A stretch of DNA of 63,455 nucleotides, filler included, from Octopus bimaculoides (GCF_001194135.2; 7 parts of 7 records of this genome joined end to end with filler, not necessarily neighbours in it), one strand, 5' to 3'; shown: positions 12,346-25,745, numbered from the whole stretch's first letter. The notes: generated by a model not told the origin, from the letters alone. Made by a program: numbers and translations.

Positions 12346-12753
12346 GTTGTGATATATATATATATATANNNNNNNNNNNNNNNNNNNNNNNNNNNNNNNN
12401 NNNNNNNNNNNNNNNNNNNNNNNNNNNNNNNNNNNNNNNNNNNNNNNNNNGAGAGAGAGAGAGAGAGAGAGAGAGGGGTATATATACATGTCTGTCCGGA
12501 TGAATTTATAGCTAATATATCATAGTACATATAAATAACCGTATGAAATGTTATTCTTTACTCTTTTATTGAGCTCTCTTGCTAATCGCTCTTTCCAGTA
12601 TGATTGAGAAATATTTTTCCATATAATGTTACACAAACAGACACAAAAACAGAGGCACACGCACGCGCACACACTCACACACACACACATCCAGGCAGGC
12701 ACACTCAGGCACTCATGCACAGAAACATACGCATACACGTATGTGTCTGTATT

Positions 12754-12791
<38 letters not shown>

Positions 12792-12801
12792 NNNNNNNNN
12801 N

Positions 12802-12842
<41 letters not shown>

Positions 12843-14271
12843 GCATCAATACATATATATATATATGTGTGTGTGTGTGTTCATTTATATAATATATATA
12901 TGCATATATATAATTTATATTTATATATGTGTGTGAGTGTGGGTGTGTCCATACGTATGTATGCATGTATGCACGTGTCTTTTTGTCTGCGAGCGTATGA
13001 ATGTACATTAATGTTTACTTATATTTATATACATTTATACACATATTCACAGATACAAGCTCACACCCATATACATTTATTATTACGTTTTACTATCGGA
13101 TATTTAAATCGGTTTAATCATTTTTCTCTTTAATTAGTCCAGTTGCTATGGTGATAACCACAAAACAGTTATCTTTCAGACCTTTTGGTTTGAAATTCAA
13201 TTTTCTTTTATAGCATTTTGTTTTTGCAATATTCTTATATTTCTTCGTTTATTTTTTTTTCTCGAAATTTATTAATATTTTTATTAGTTATTATTTCTGA
13301 TTAATTTTAATATTTTATTATTATCCTCCGTTTGATTTCTCTCTGCCTTTTTTTCCCCAAAATCTTTATCGTGCTTTCACTGTCATATTTAGTTTTCTAT
13401 ATATTTTTTTACATTTTTATCTGCTACATCTTTTCCTGTGTTTATTATTTACTTTGTCATTTGACTTTTCCATCTCGTCACATGCTTTCTCATTTCTATG
13501 TCTCTATAAAGCTACCCACTTGCCTACATTTCAATATTTAGCTTCTTATTTTCTTTCCAGTTTTTACATTCATTCTTTTCTTTTATATTCATTTTTGTAT
13601 TTAATAATTCCGTTTCATTTCATAATTTCATTTAATTTTTAACATCTTTCGCCATGTCATAAAATATCTTCACTTTACCAATATTTTGATTTATTTTATA
13701 TCTCAAACCAGGATGAGTTCAAATCTATCTGCAGTCGATTTTTATTGTTGTTCACCTAAGTGTTCACTAAAAATTGTTAGAGCCGGATGCTGGAATCAGT
13801 TTTCTCGATTTCGTACTCCCTCATACATTTGTGGCCGTGTGCTTATATTAGGAATCAACCATCAACAATCTGGGGAAGGTGACTTCAAATTCTGCCGGAG
13901 ACGACATTATTTGTTATCTTCCTAGATTCACTGAGAGAAGTGTATGCTGGGGTGGATTCTCCGCAGCAGACCTCTTAATGAAGTTAGTGGTATTTTGGCA
14001 ATGTAATATATCAATATTTCAAGGTAGGATAGCAATGATCGAGTACAATACCTTACGGTATTCAATTATGTCCCTTTATATGCTAAATTCAAATTAATTG
14101 ATTAATTTTGCACTTCAATATGACAAATGCTACTCAAGAACATAGGATGGTTGGAATTATTAGTTTCATTTACGACTCTATTTTCTTGCGCTGAAATTAG
14201 AATCTGATGTTTGACTGTGTGGAATGACGAAAGTAGTATATATATATATGTGTGTGTAATATATATAAGAT

Positions 14272-14326
<55 letters not shown>

Positions 14327-14336
14327 NNNNNNNNNN

Positions 14337-14388
<52 letters not shown>

Positions 14389-14600
14389 TAAAATATATTC
14401 CCGATCTCAATGCGGCGATCCTACAGAGAACGCAAAATACTGTTTTTGTCTTAAATCGTATCATCACAATACAAAGCTAAGAAAATAAACCGGATAACCC
14501 CACTCTGCAATATTGTGGATAGGTCACGCTATACTCACATTGCCCAATGAATGTTAATCTCTCCTTAACTGATATGTTCATTTGGAGAGTTGATGTTTTA

Positions 14601-14933
14601 TCAAAATACTATATGCAGACCTTCATTCAGTTTCATCTTGTTGCAAAAATCATCACGATATATTTGCAACAACACTGAATATTTCCATTTTACATCTAAC
14701 AGCAATAAAAGAATAGTTCCAGTACTAACAGCAACAAGCCCGAGTACGAAAGCAGTCCTAACAGATAAAAACCAGTCCTTCAAATATGCATAGGGACAGA
14801 ATTCCATTCCGCCGTAATTTACACGTACAATATCATCCGATGATTCACAAATATGCAGCTCATGTGAGTATTTATGTAAAGCTCTAACAACGTTTTGCTT
14901 GAAGTTAGTAGAAAATTTAATTGTGGCAAAATT
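14601..14933 (-). CDS. Candidate coding segment (110 open codons) with one hydrophobic, transmembrane-like stretch; product unknown
   Basis: Frame is open from 14933 to the stop at 14601: ..ELHICESSDDIVRVNYGGMEFCPYAYLKDWFLSVRTAFVLGLVAVSTGTILLLLLDVKWKY.. Sequence is non-repetitive. No family recognised with confidence. Confidence 0.25.
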   Translation of the reverse strand, partial: NFATIKFSTNFKQNVVRALHKYSHELHICESSDDIVRVNYGGMEFCPYAYLKDWFLSVRTAFVLGLVAVSTGTILLLLLDVKWKYSVLLQIYRDDFCNKMKLNEGLHIVF

Positions 14934-15436
14934 TTAACACGAAAGTGTGAGACATTTTACACCAACATAGGAAAAACACACACGCACATATATACGAACA
15001 AAGCATAATCATGCTAAAATCTTTGCAGACATATACAAATACGCAAAAGCTCGCGGATGAATATATACGCACACCTGTATATATTTCTGAGCACACATGA
15101 ATGTCTTTAATAAATGACTCGACAAGGAATGAACACTAGCACTAGACGTTGTAAATAAAAAAAGAAGTATACCTACGAAGATAAGTGAATTTTGATGTTT
15201 TTATTAAAAAGTAAACGTCGCGGCAAAATGCGTAAAGTAAAATTAAAAGGAAACAAATGAATTGAAAGTAAAACAAAACCAGATGGAAAGTCTAAATTAA
15301 AATACACACAAATGAAAATAATTAGGTAAAAAGATTCAGGCATTGAAAGAAGATAGGTTCTTAATGAGCTTAACACAGCGCCAATAGGGTTTCGATACCA
15401 ATAATCGTATTTAGCGGATAATTTTCATTCATGTAG

Positions 15437-15571
15437 GTGCTGATCATTCCAGAAGGCCCTAATCTGGGAAATCGATTTTGCTTCTTGAAAGAGAAGGAAT
15501 TTTTGGAAAGATATTTTTTCCTGCTCACTGAATATCGAGCCAATACTGAAACATTATTCTTGTACAAACAG
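15437..15571 (+). CDS. Candidate internal exon (135 bp, phase 0/0), product unknown
   Basis: TTTTCATTCATGTAG| ... CAG|GTAGAA; only one frame is open (VLIIPEGPNLGNRFCFLKEKEFLERYFFLLTEYRANTETLFLYKQ). Strand is ambiguous. Confidence 0.25.
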
Positions 15572-16267
15572 GTAGAATCTGGAGGTTTATGATTATATAC
15601 AAATGCAATTAAATTCAAGTATTCGTACGCTTACACACATTAAAACACGTATACGTAATGAATAGTATATATATATATATCTTCGAAACGTCTAGTTAGA
15701 ATAGAGGCAGCTGACGAAGGATTAATTCCAAGTGGCTATCTGTTTTCCTATGTGTTCGTTCCGTGGTCTGTAGTTCATTGTTCTAACGTCCTGTACCCTG
15801 ATATGCATCTATATACACACGTAGTTGTAAGTATGTACATATATGTGTGTATACATGCATATATATTCTTTGTATTATATATANNNNNNNNNNNNNNNNN
15901 NNNNNNNNNNNNNNNNNNNNNNNNNNNNNNNNNNNNNNNNNNNNNNNNNNNNNNNNNNNNNNNNNNNNNNNNNNNNNNNNNNNNNNNNNNNNNNNNNNNN
16001 NNNNNNNNNNATATATATATATATATATATACATATATACACATACACATACATATACATATATATATACACACACACTCATATATATGTATGTATATAT
16101 ATGTGAGTGTATGTGCTCTCTTCTATTTTGAATTTTTTGAATTTCTATAACGAAGGATATCGTTAGTTACAAACATACAAAGCTTCATCTTTGGAATGTA
16201 GCAAGCAAAAGAAATGGTCTCATGTAGAATTTGAGAAATGTCTAACATTTTTTCTATATACTTACAG

Positions 16268-16343
16268 ATGGTGTTTGCAATGCGCGTGTTAGCTGGCTGG
16301 TTACATTTTCTCAAACCCCCTAGCATACCCGATGGCCACTTTG
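16268..16343 (+). CDS. Candidate internal exon (76 bp), product unknown
   Basis: Branch-point-like CTAAC plus a T-rich tract and CTTACAG acceptor; TTG|GTATGT donor. Open frame MVFAMRVLAGWLHFLKPPSIPDGHF is in phase with 15437-15571. Confidence 0.3.
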
Positions 16344-16799
16344 GTATGTTCAAATAAAACCAGGTCAACAAATTACCATAGGAAGAAATATGAAATTATA
16401 ATCTAAGTATAGAAGCTGAACGTTGCACCAGGTTTCGTAGTTATCTTTTTCCGATGTTTGAAGAGACTTTCAAATCAACAGGGCAGCTGTTATGTTTCCA
16501 TTTGGTAGATGTTCTGATGAGAATGCTTCACCTCCATTTGTTGATTTTTGTGATTATGTATGTATTCATTAAAAGCGGGGTTCTCTATTTTGGAGAATGG
16601 GACATGCGTATACATACATACATACATATATATATATATGCATATATATATATATATATATAACAGATAGTTTGGTAGTTATGTGACTAATAAGCATATT
16701 TCTCTTTCTATATCTATACCCTTGAATTTAGCGGTTATGATGCAGAAAAATCCAATAACTTAATATGATATGGATAACTGCAAAATATGATTTATGATG

Positions 16800-17200
16800 A
16801 TACAGGGAGACAGAAATGGAAAAGTTAGTCGAGTTTAAACAGACAAAGGTTCATAGCGTATGATAAATGAAAGAAATATCAAACTTCTAGAATGTTGTAT
16901 GTACAAAAACTTTAACACTGTAATTACTTATAGTTCAAGTAATCGATACAGAAGATCGACATCGGTTGACGCAACATAAATCAGCAACAAATTACATCAA
17001 ATATGCAACCGACTTAAACATGTTAGCTTCACTACAATTAAATTTTTGACGACGCCATTATTAGAGATCAAATTCATTTAGTTATGATAACACTGTATCA
17101 AAAATGGAGATATTCAAAACAAAAGTAAAAGATTTAAGAGAAAAAAATAAATGTTTGCTTTGTGGTTCAGCGAGTTTCCCTCCATATCACTGATAAATAT
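16800..17200 (+). mobile_element. Ty3/gypsy-like gag remnant
   Basis: With frameshifts it reads ..RHRLTQHKS..YATDLNMLA..F / DDAIIRDQI.. KCLLCG, matching the gag pattern F.TDLR.LA..C.F...IRDQIV followed by a CxxC knuckle start. Confidence 0.4.
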
Positions 17201-18287
17201 CCATAAGTTAACTCTGAAATATATAGAAAAATATTGTACAATTATATGAGACAATACGTTAAGGCGTATATTACCAGTTGTTATTCTGATAAAATAAAAA
17301 CGGTGATGATGATGATGATATTGACGATGTAAAATGCATCTATATATCTATTTATCTATCCCTTTTCCCATTCTATATTTATGTGTTTTTACAAACATAC
17401 GTGCACACAGATTGAGTTTATGTTTGTCTGTTTCTATGTATGTATGTATATATGTATTTTATTTATTTATTTATGTGTTTCAGCCAAGTGGCTGCGGTCA
17501 TGCTGGTGCACCACCGTGAAATTATATAGTGGCAGCGGTGGGATGTATGTATNNNNNNNNNNAAATTATATAGTGGCAGCGGTGGGATGTATGTATGTAT
17601 GTTTGTATGTATGTATGTATGTATGTATGTATGTATGTATGTATGCATGCATGCATGTATGTATATATTTATGCATGTATGTATATATGTATGTATATAT
17701 GTATGTATGTTTGTTTATATGTATGTATGTATGCATGCACGTACGTATATATGCATGTTGTTCGTGTATCATAAACAAGTATGGAAACGGGGGACCCCAG
17801 GTTAGCGACGGAGAAAGTCATCAGAACTAAGCTCTAGTGTTAAGTAACTTTACTCCCGTATTATCTGGAAACGGATATAATTTCAACAGATCAAGAACGT
17901 ATATCATGTTACTTTTACTATAACCTTATTGGCTTTGTTGTTTAATTACGTGACACTGGCTTCCTTCGATTATTTAAATTAGTATGTGAGTCATACTCCA
18001 TTTTTGTACCTGTTTAAGTATCTCCTACTGTGCTGACGACGACATTTGCGACAGAAATACACGACAAAACCTGTCCTCTTATTACCGTATTTGAGACGGA
18101 TTTTGAAAATTGTGGCTTCTTGACATTATCATATCATCTTCTCATATGGACATGGTCCCAACTGCAACCGAGTTATTCTTTTACTTAGCTCAGCCTCCGC
18201 CATCAAGTTAACGTTGACTGAACAAGTGCTTGGTGTACCACACATTGAATATCAAAATGCCCGCAAGGGAATCGTAAAACGAAGAGT

Positions 18288-18381
18288 TTTACTCAAAAAC
18301 ACAACTCACCACCAGGCACAGTAATTGAAACCATGACCTCACGATTTTGAGTGTAACAGCCGAACCACTGTGCCATGCGCA

Positions 18382-18382
<1 letters not shown>
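18288..18382 (-). mobile_element. SINE family C head fragment
   Basis: Reverse complement gives GTGCGCATGGCACAGTGGTT..CATGGTTTCAATT; same head as 48950 and 51853. Confidence 0.6.
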
Positions 18383-18443
<61 letters not shown>

Positions 18444-18684
18444 CATATACATATATATACATTATATACATGTGTCGATTTCTCATTTGATAAAGTCACG
18501 ATTGGCGATGAAAGGATTGTGACGAACAAGTAATTCACTGTTTGACAAAATATACAGTAACTGATCGATTGGGTGATTGGTTAAGTAACAAACTAATTGA
18601 CTAACAATAACGAAGTGAAACTTTATAAGTGCGTGTCTTTATAATTGTTGGCCCAATGACGGTCCCAATATACGCCAATATATA

Positions 18685-19086
18685 CATAGGCGTAGGCGGG
18701 GCTGTTTTGCAAGAAGTTGCCTTCCCAACTTCATGGTTTCGGCTTTAGTCCCATTGCGTGGCTCTCTACTATAACCTCGGGGCGACCAAAGACTTCTAAG
18801 TGGAGTTGAAAGAAGGCCGGTTATGTGTGTGCATGCGTGCGTGTGTGCGTATGTGTGTTTTTGTGTGTGTGTGTCTGTATGTTCTCTCCACGTTGCTTGG
18901 CAAACGATGTTTTTTCGTATTTACAACTCCGTAACTTAGCGATTCGGTGAAAGAGATGGATAGAATAAGTTCCAGGTCTAAACAAAGAAAAAAAAAAAAA
19001 AAGCACTGCGGTGGGCAGATTCATTCAGCTAAACTTCTCTAAAGTGGTACCTCTGCATAGCCGACTGGAAAAGTAGGCGATGAAAG
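18685..19086 (+). mobile_element. SINE family B, near full length, with a central (TG)n tract
   Basis: ATAGGCGTAGG.. head, GGCTTTAGTCCCATTGCGTGG, central microsatellite, then CGTAACTTAGCGATTCGG..GATAGAATAAGT. Confidence 0.75.
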
Positions 19087-20285
19087 ATGTATACTAATAT
19101 ATCTTGTAGATATATGAGTGTGTTTGTGTGTGTATGAGTCTGTGATTTGCGTGCGCGAAGGCATGTGCATGTATTTGTGTACGCATGTATGCGTCTATAT
19201 ATCTATGAATGTATATACGCATGCGTACAAAGATGCATGCTTACATATGTACATGCATACATAAATTCATTTATAAGCATGTAAATATATTTGTATATAT
19301 GGAAACGTTCGAATGCGTTTAAATTTCTGTCATAAATCGAAGAATGTTATAAATATGTGCGCGAGTGAGTGTGTGTGCGTGCGCGAGCGTGTGGGGCTGT
19401 ATGCGCGCATGGGCATGAGGTGAACACTGCCGAGTTGTATTTGTAATTGATTTGTGAGATCGAAACTGAAAAAAAATAATAGTGGAATGGCATCTCAATA
19501 AGCTGGACAAAACAGTTTTCACACTGAAGTAACAAACGAAAATTCAGCAGTGTACGTGTGACTCAAGTATTTAGTATAATTCTGCAACTGCCAAAATTAC
19601 AATCGCTGATCAAACTTAAAGTACTATATTCAAATCATAATGCAACAAAGCGGTTCAATATCCTATGATGTAGATCAGCAAAATCACTTGGGCATCGAAC
19701 GATATGAAGGTGCTATTTATTTGCGACACTTCACTGAGTGAATCCAAATTTCGCCGGAATCAGCTTTGCTAGCTATCCAACTAGGGTCGAGAAAGTGAAG
19801 AATCAGTCAAATACTCGATCGTTTTAACATTCACATCATGCACATTTCATGTGGATGTCTTTGTATTAGAAGACTTGCAATTATAACACTCACGTGTGTT
19901 GAACTGGTGTAAGAAGCCATTGCTAGAGCAGTATTCTCGACGGAATTTATGCTGTTCTGTATGATTTTCAATATCTAATTTCACGCCTCGCCGTTCTGCG
20001 TTCAAATACCATCGAGACAACTTATACATTTAAACGCATTAGTTCAATCAAATGGTTTCCCTTATTATTCAGGAATTAAATCAATATACTATTCTTGTCT
20101 TCTCTAGACGCTTGGCCTTGAGCCTAAACAGGTATTTCGCCACCCACAAACATATGTATGTATGTATGCAAAGATAACTACACGCGCACATGCACACACA
20201 TATACACATGCACACCTAAACTTAGACACACATATACACACATACACAGACACGTAGATATTTCTATTTCCGTATACTGTATGCG

Positions 20286-20337
<52 letters not shown>

Positions 20338-20682
20338 NNNNNNNNNNNNNNNNNNNNNNNNNNNNNNNNNNNNNNNNNNNNNNNNNNNNNNNNNNNNNNN
20401 NNNNNNNNNNNNNNNNNNNNNNNNNNNNNNNNNNNNNNNNNNNNNNNNNNNNNNNNNNNNNNNNNNNNNNNNNNNNNNNNNNNNNNNNNNNNNNNNNNNN
20501 NNNNNNNNNNNNNNNNNNNNNNNNNNNNNNNNNNNNNNNNNNNNNNNNNNNNNNNNNNNNNNNNNNNNNNNNNNNNNNNNNNNNNNNNNNNNNNNNNNNN
20601 NNNNNNNNNNNNNNNNNNNNNNNNNNNNNNNNNNNNNNNNNNNNNNNNNNNNNNNNNNNNNNNNNNNNNNNNNNNNNNNNNN

Positions 20683-20722
<40 letters not shown>

Positions 20723-21813
20723 CTCACACAAACTAGTATAACTCATTACTCTACTGACCCGTTTACTATCAAATATATCAATAAGAAAAATAAGATTAAT
20801 AACAAATAATAATCTTCAAACAAAACGGTACGATAACCTGTTCATCTGGCAATGAGATTTAGTCTATTCATCATTTCATTTGGAATCCAGTCGAGAACAA
20901 ATGGTAATCAAATCTTGAACCAAGCTGTAGTATAATTTCCTTTGAAGCTAACTGAATGGTAAGTTATTTCGTTGCTGCTTCCAAAGGTGCCGCAAAAATC
21001 AGGGAAAATGTTACTTTGTTCTAATTAAATCGGCCATTCACGCGATTGGATATTTTATATTACATACATACATACATTCATATATATATATATATATATA
21101 TATATACACGAGTGTGTGTTTGTCCGTGCATCTCTGTGGGAAGGTTTGCGTATGTTATCGTGCGCGTGTATGTATGTATGTATATATACGTATGTGTATG
21201 TGTGTGTGTGCGCGCGTGTATGTAATCTATAATGTATATATCCATTCATGTGCATGTATGTATTTATATGTGTTTGTGCACATGTATATCTGTATAATGT
21301 ATATATGTTTGTCTTTATGTTCGTATGTGTTTATGTTTGCATATTCCAATGCAATAACTTTCATATTTGCAAACAGAAGTGCGTTATTCCTGATTTAAAT
21401 CCATTTGAACTCAATTCCCCTTTTGAAAGGAGACTATGAAAATCGAAATATGTTTTTCTTTTATAGATGTGGCGTAAGAATTGAGATCTGAGTGAATGGC
21501 TTGTGTAAACCAGTTTGGCATTCTTTCGCTTGCTTCGCTAATGTAAGAGAACAACGCACAAACGCATTTGGTTTATATCTCTGAAGATACAGAGTTATTC
21601 AGAAACCTATATAATTGTTGTTATTATTCAAATCTTCTTGAATTAGATGCTGTATAAAAGTAATCGTTGTTCCTTTAAACCTTCTTGAAATATGCACTAA
21701 TCGCCGAGATTCATCGAATTGTGATCAATTGTTCGGCAAATAATTTCTCTGAAATTTATTATATACGTCGAAGAAAGCATTATTATGAAATAGAATTATA
21801 TTCCACCCACCAT

Positions 21814-21849
<36 letters not shown>

Positions 21850-22042
21850 NNNNNNNNNNACACACACACACACACACACATGCACACACACACACACACA
21901 CACACCACAAACTTATACACACATGTACACGTACACATACATGCACATATGTAAAGATAGCTAAATAGATAGACAGACAGAGAGACAGATATCAATGTTT
22001 ATACAGAGAATTATTTATATATCCATGTATACATGCCACTAT

Positions 22043-22283
22043 GCTGTAAGAAGCTTGCTCCCCAAGCACATGGTCCCAGGTTCAGTCCTACTGCGTGGCA
22101 TCTTAGACAAGTATCTTCTGATATTGCCTCGGACCGACCAAAGCCTTGTTTCAGTTTCCGCCTACCAAATCCACTCAGAAGGCTTCGGTCGGCCTGAGGC
22201 TATAGTAGCAGACATTTACCTGAGGTGGAACTGAACCCGGAACCATGTGGCTGGGAAGCAAGCTTCTTATCACACAGCCACAC

Positions 22284-22290
<7 letters not shown>
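22043..22290. mobile_element. Two SINE-B 5' halves in inverted orientation (foldback)
   Basis: Forward head 22043-22148 is directly followed by a reverse head 22149-22290. Confidence 0.85.
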
Positions 22291-22318
<28 letters not shown>

Positions 22319-22540
22319 NNNNNNNNNNNNNNNNNNNNNNNNNNNNNNNNNNNNNNNNNNNNNNNNNNNNNNNNNNNNNNNNNNNNNNNNNNNNNNNNNN
22401 NNNNNNNNNNNNNNNNNNNNNNNNNNNNNNNNNNNNNNNNNNNNNNNNNNNNNNNNNNNNNNNNNNNNNNNNNNNNNNNNNNNNNNNNNNNNNNNNNNNN
22501 NNNNNNNNNNNNNNNNNNNNNNNNNNNNNNNNNNNNNNNN

Positions 22541-22581
<41 letters not shown>

Positions 22582-23954
22582 TATAGATATACAGATATAT
22601 ATATATATAGATATATATGATATATATACACATGTCGTCTATATGCATGTATCTTATGAATACGTGAACGTTCGTGTGCACGCAGGCCTATCTCTATGCG
22701 AGAATGTGTCACATAGGTATACGTATTCACCTGCCGATAATTTGCGCTCTCGGAAATATTGATTCTGCCTACCCATATTAGTGCAACATAATACCTTTTA
22801 ATGAACTCTTTACTTTGCAAGTCATGAAGCATAAATTATTCATCGTTATATAGTTCTGATCATATTTTGCTGTATATTGTCTAACGCACCAAGTGTTCGT
22901 TGACTAACGATAACCTTCTCGGATTCTGTAAATCTGTAATGAATTAGCATTTTGCTATAGTTGTCATTTTATGATGACTGGCTGAAACGGTCGATACACA
23001 TCAGTTATTTTGCTTTCTAATGATTTTCGCAAGAAAATAACGTATTAATTATACAATGCCTAATTACAGACAAAAATGTGTATCAAAGATATTTATAGAA
23101 ACTACCCATTCGTCTCGGATATCCATCTAGATTCATTTAGTTAATAACTATATTACTTTCGTAGCAAGTGTTAAGAAACTATCTTGCGCATGCAAGCACT
23201 CCGAGATCAAATAGACCCACTCGTAGGAAACCATCCAAAAATATTACTGTCAAATGCTTTATTTATAATTATAATTGCTATATTTGCTACATGAAATCCT
23301 CAGGTTATGAAAAGCTATTATAAGATATTGACGAACTGGAAGCCCAAAAAGTTTTTCCAAAGTTTTTGATGGTTTAATGATGCGAAATATATTGATGACC
23401 TACGTTAAACATTCATTTCAGTTTTAATTTCAGAGCTAAACAATTATCGAATTATTTTATCCTTTAATTTGAGGCATGAAAGATTGTATTAGCGTCAGTA
23501 AATAACTAAATCTTACCTGTGGGCTGGGTTTACCGTGAATTGAGTGTTTATACGTTGTTAGCTACAAATCATAGGGAATATGGAAATTTTGTGATGTATA
23601 ATGCATCTATAATCAAAGTTCTCTATAAAGTAATTATAGCTAGAACTGGCTCAATAGCAAATTACACGTACCTGCATGTTGACACACAATCACACATACA
23701 AGGAAACACACATTAATACACACACATATAACCACGCATATATCTATATCAATGCGTACTCTATACATTAATATATATACACATACACCATACATATATG
23801 TTCTCTCCCAATCTCTATATACACACACATGCACAATATATGTGTATCTGTGTATCAGTGTATCTGTGTGTGTGTGCGCGTGTGTGTGTGCGTGTGTGTG
23901 TGTGTGTGTGTGTATGCATTTATGTATCTATGCATGTCATTGTTTAGTTTCATT

Positions 23955-24160
23955 TTAATAGATTTTGCAAATAGAGCAGGTGCTGTTTTCTAAATTATAT
24001 CCAACGCTACTGCATTGGAATTTCAACAGCAAAGGGGTATTTTTGTATATATGAATGTACGTGTGCAGGTTTGTATGTTTTGCTTTATGTTTGTATTCTC
24101 ATGCATATAGTTGCATGCCGAGACATGGCCATATATATTTAAATGATAAACTTCTGGAAA
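23955..24160 (+). repeat. Unclassified dispersed repeat; second copy at about 45970-46160
   Basis: Shared CATTGGAATTTCAACA..GTGCAG..TATGTTTTG..TTCTCATGCATATA.TTGCAT. Confidence 0.6.
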
Positions 24161-24564
24161 GTTTTACAGATTTTTATTGCCGCAGTGATGACTTGGATCT
24201 GTAGTCTTCAATTCAGCTTTTTCGTTTCTGGTTTTGAGGAGCCTAATTTCTAAGACCTAATTTCTAAAGGTATATGTACATACGTACGTACGTACGTACG
24301 TACGTATGTATGTATGTATGTATGTATGTATGTATGTATGCATGTATGTATGTATGCATGTATGTATGTATGTATGTATGAATGTATATGAATGAATGAA
24401 TGATTGAATTATGTGTGTATGTATACATATGTTTGCTTATGTATATGCACACATAAATACATTCATAATCAATTTCACATGCACCATGTAAAATATTTTG
24501 CATGAATTTTGGAGTGAACCGGTGAATTGAAACCAATATCGGAGTATTTTAGAGAAAACATGGT

Positions 24565-24660
24565 CTTCTATAAACAACCTTGCTCCGGACTTGTGCCTCG
24601 AAGAAGAACTTTCTAGGTGCAATCTTATCGTGATTCATGACCGAAGCGAGTGTTTACCCT
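24565..24660 (+). mobile_element. SINE family C 3' tail fragment
   Basis: ATAAACAACCTTGC..GACTTGTGCCTC..GAACTTTCTAGGTGCAAT..ATTCATGACCGAAG matches 52100-52190. Confidence 0.7.
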
Positions 24661-25149
24661 TTAAGTATGTATGCATATATGTGTGTGTATGTATAAATGA
24701 ATGTATGCCTGCATGCATGTATGTATGTATGCATGTATGTATGTATGTATGTATGTATATATGTATGAAATGTATGTATGTATGCATGTATGTATGAGAT
24801 ATATGTATACATGTATGTATGTACCAGTGAGGAAGAGGTTCTGAACAGAAGTTGTACCCTTGTTATCTGGAAGTCACACCTTGCCAGGAATGGTTAGATT
24901 GGCAGGTAGCACTGTTCCTCATTCCAATCCCAATCATTTCCTTGGAGAGCTAAAACAAGTGAGGCAATGGAGTTAACACTACACCATTATATGAAAAAAA
25001 CTCCATTAAGGACTCCATAGAAAGTCATAGCCTAGGGTAGAGTAACCTCGTCAGGTCAACGCTCTGGTGCTTGAAGTCAGAGCATGTCTGAAGTGGAGGT
25101 TAACATTTATAGGAAAGGAGCTGCCAATTTAACTTGCCCACGATACATT

Positions 25150-25290
25150 GTTGCCCGTGTTAATATCAGAGAGTGGACAGGTCTCAATTTCACCGACTCA
25201 CGAAGGCAACAGAAGACCGAGATAAGTGGAGAGACCTGGTTGCGACGACATCAACGAATGCTTCAACGAGAACACGGTCAAAGTATAGGA
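25150..25290 (+). mobile_element. RTE-clade LINE 3' end remnant
   Basis: NIREWTGLNF.. / KATEDRDKWRDLV matches the RTE C-terminal DNIKEWTG..A.EDR..WR.LV; followed by (GAAG)n. Confidence 0.55.
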
Positions 25291-25733
25291 AGGAAGGAAG
25301 GAAGGAAGGAAGGAAGGAAGGAAGAAGGAAAGAAAGAAAGAAACGAAGAACGAAAGCAAAACGGGAATAGGAAAGATATGTATGTGTGTTTGTATCGTTA
25401 CATTCACGTTCATGCATATATGACGTTTGAAGATAAATGGAATTGTAAAGAAACAGACGATTTTAGCCTTGGAATGAAATATTAAGAAAGAACTTACACT
25501 ATATATTCTCTGCTTCCGTGGCTCTAAGGTACTCGATCCATTGGACAAATTTCAGGTCATCTAATAATACTTAGTTCAGAAAGAATGACCGACACTTTCT
25601 GACAGCTATTTATTTTCCGGTTATTAAAAAAATGTATATCCCGTTTTACATACTAACTCGCTCACGCTCACAGACTCACAGACACACACNNNNNNNNNNN
25701 NNNNNNNNNNNNNNNNNNNNNNNNNNNNNNNNN

Positions 25734-25745
25734 TTAATTAATTAA
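25734..25745. other. Assembly linker TTAATTAATTAA flanked by 44 N on each side (also at 35436, 48674, 56188, 59817 and 62274)
   Basis: Six identical 100-bp blocks; the 12-mer places stop codons in all six frames. This is a scaffolding artefact. Confidence 0.95.

Noticed and set aside
20891-20964. Perfect ATG|GTAAGT donor at about 20958; similar isolated strong splice sites at 2978, 21466, 37213 and 61464
   Set aside because: No matching acceptor gives a convincing exon with a recognisable product; such sites are expected by chance in AT-rich DNA.
22960-22995. ATGATGACTGGCTGAAACGGTC hammerhead-like string
   Set aside because: Core C3 is missing, stem II cannot form and there is no stem I.
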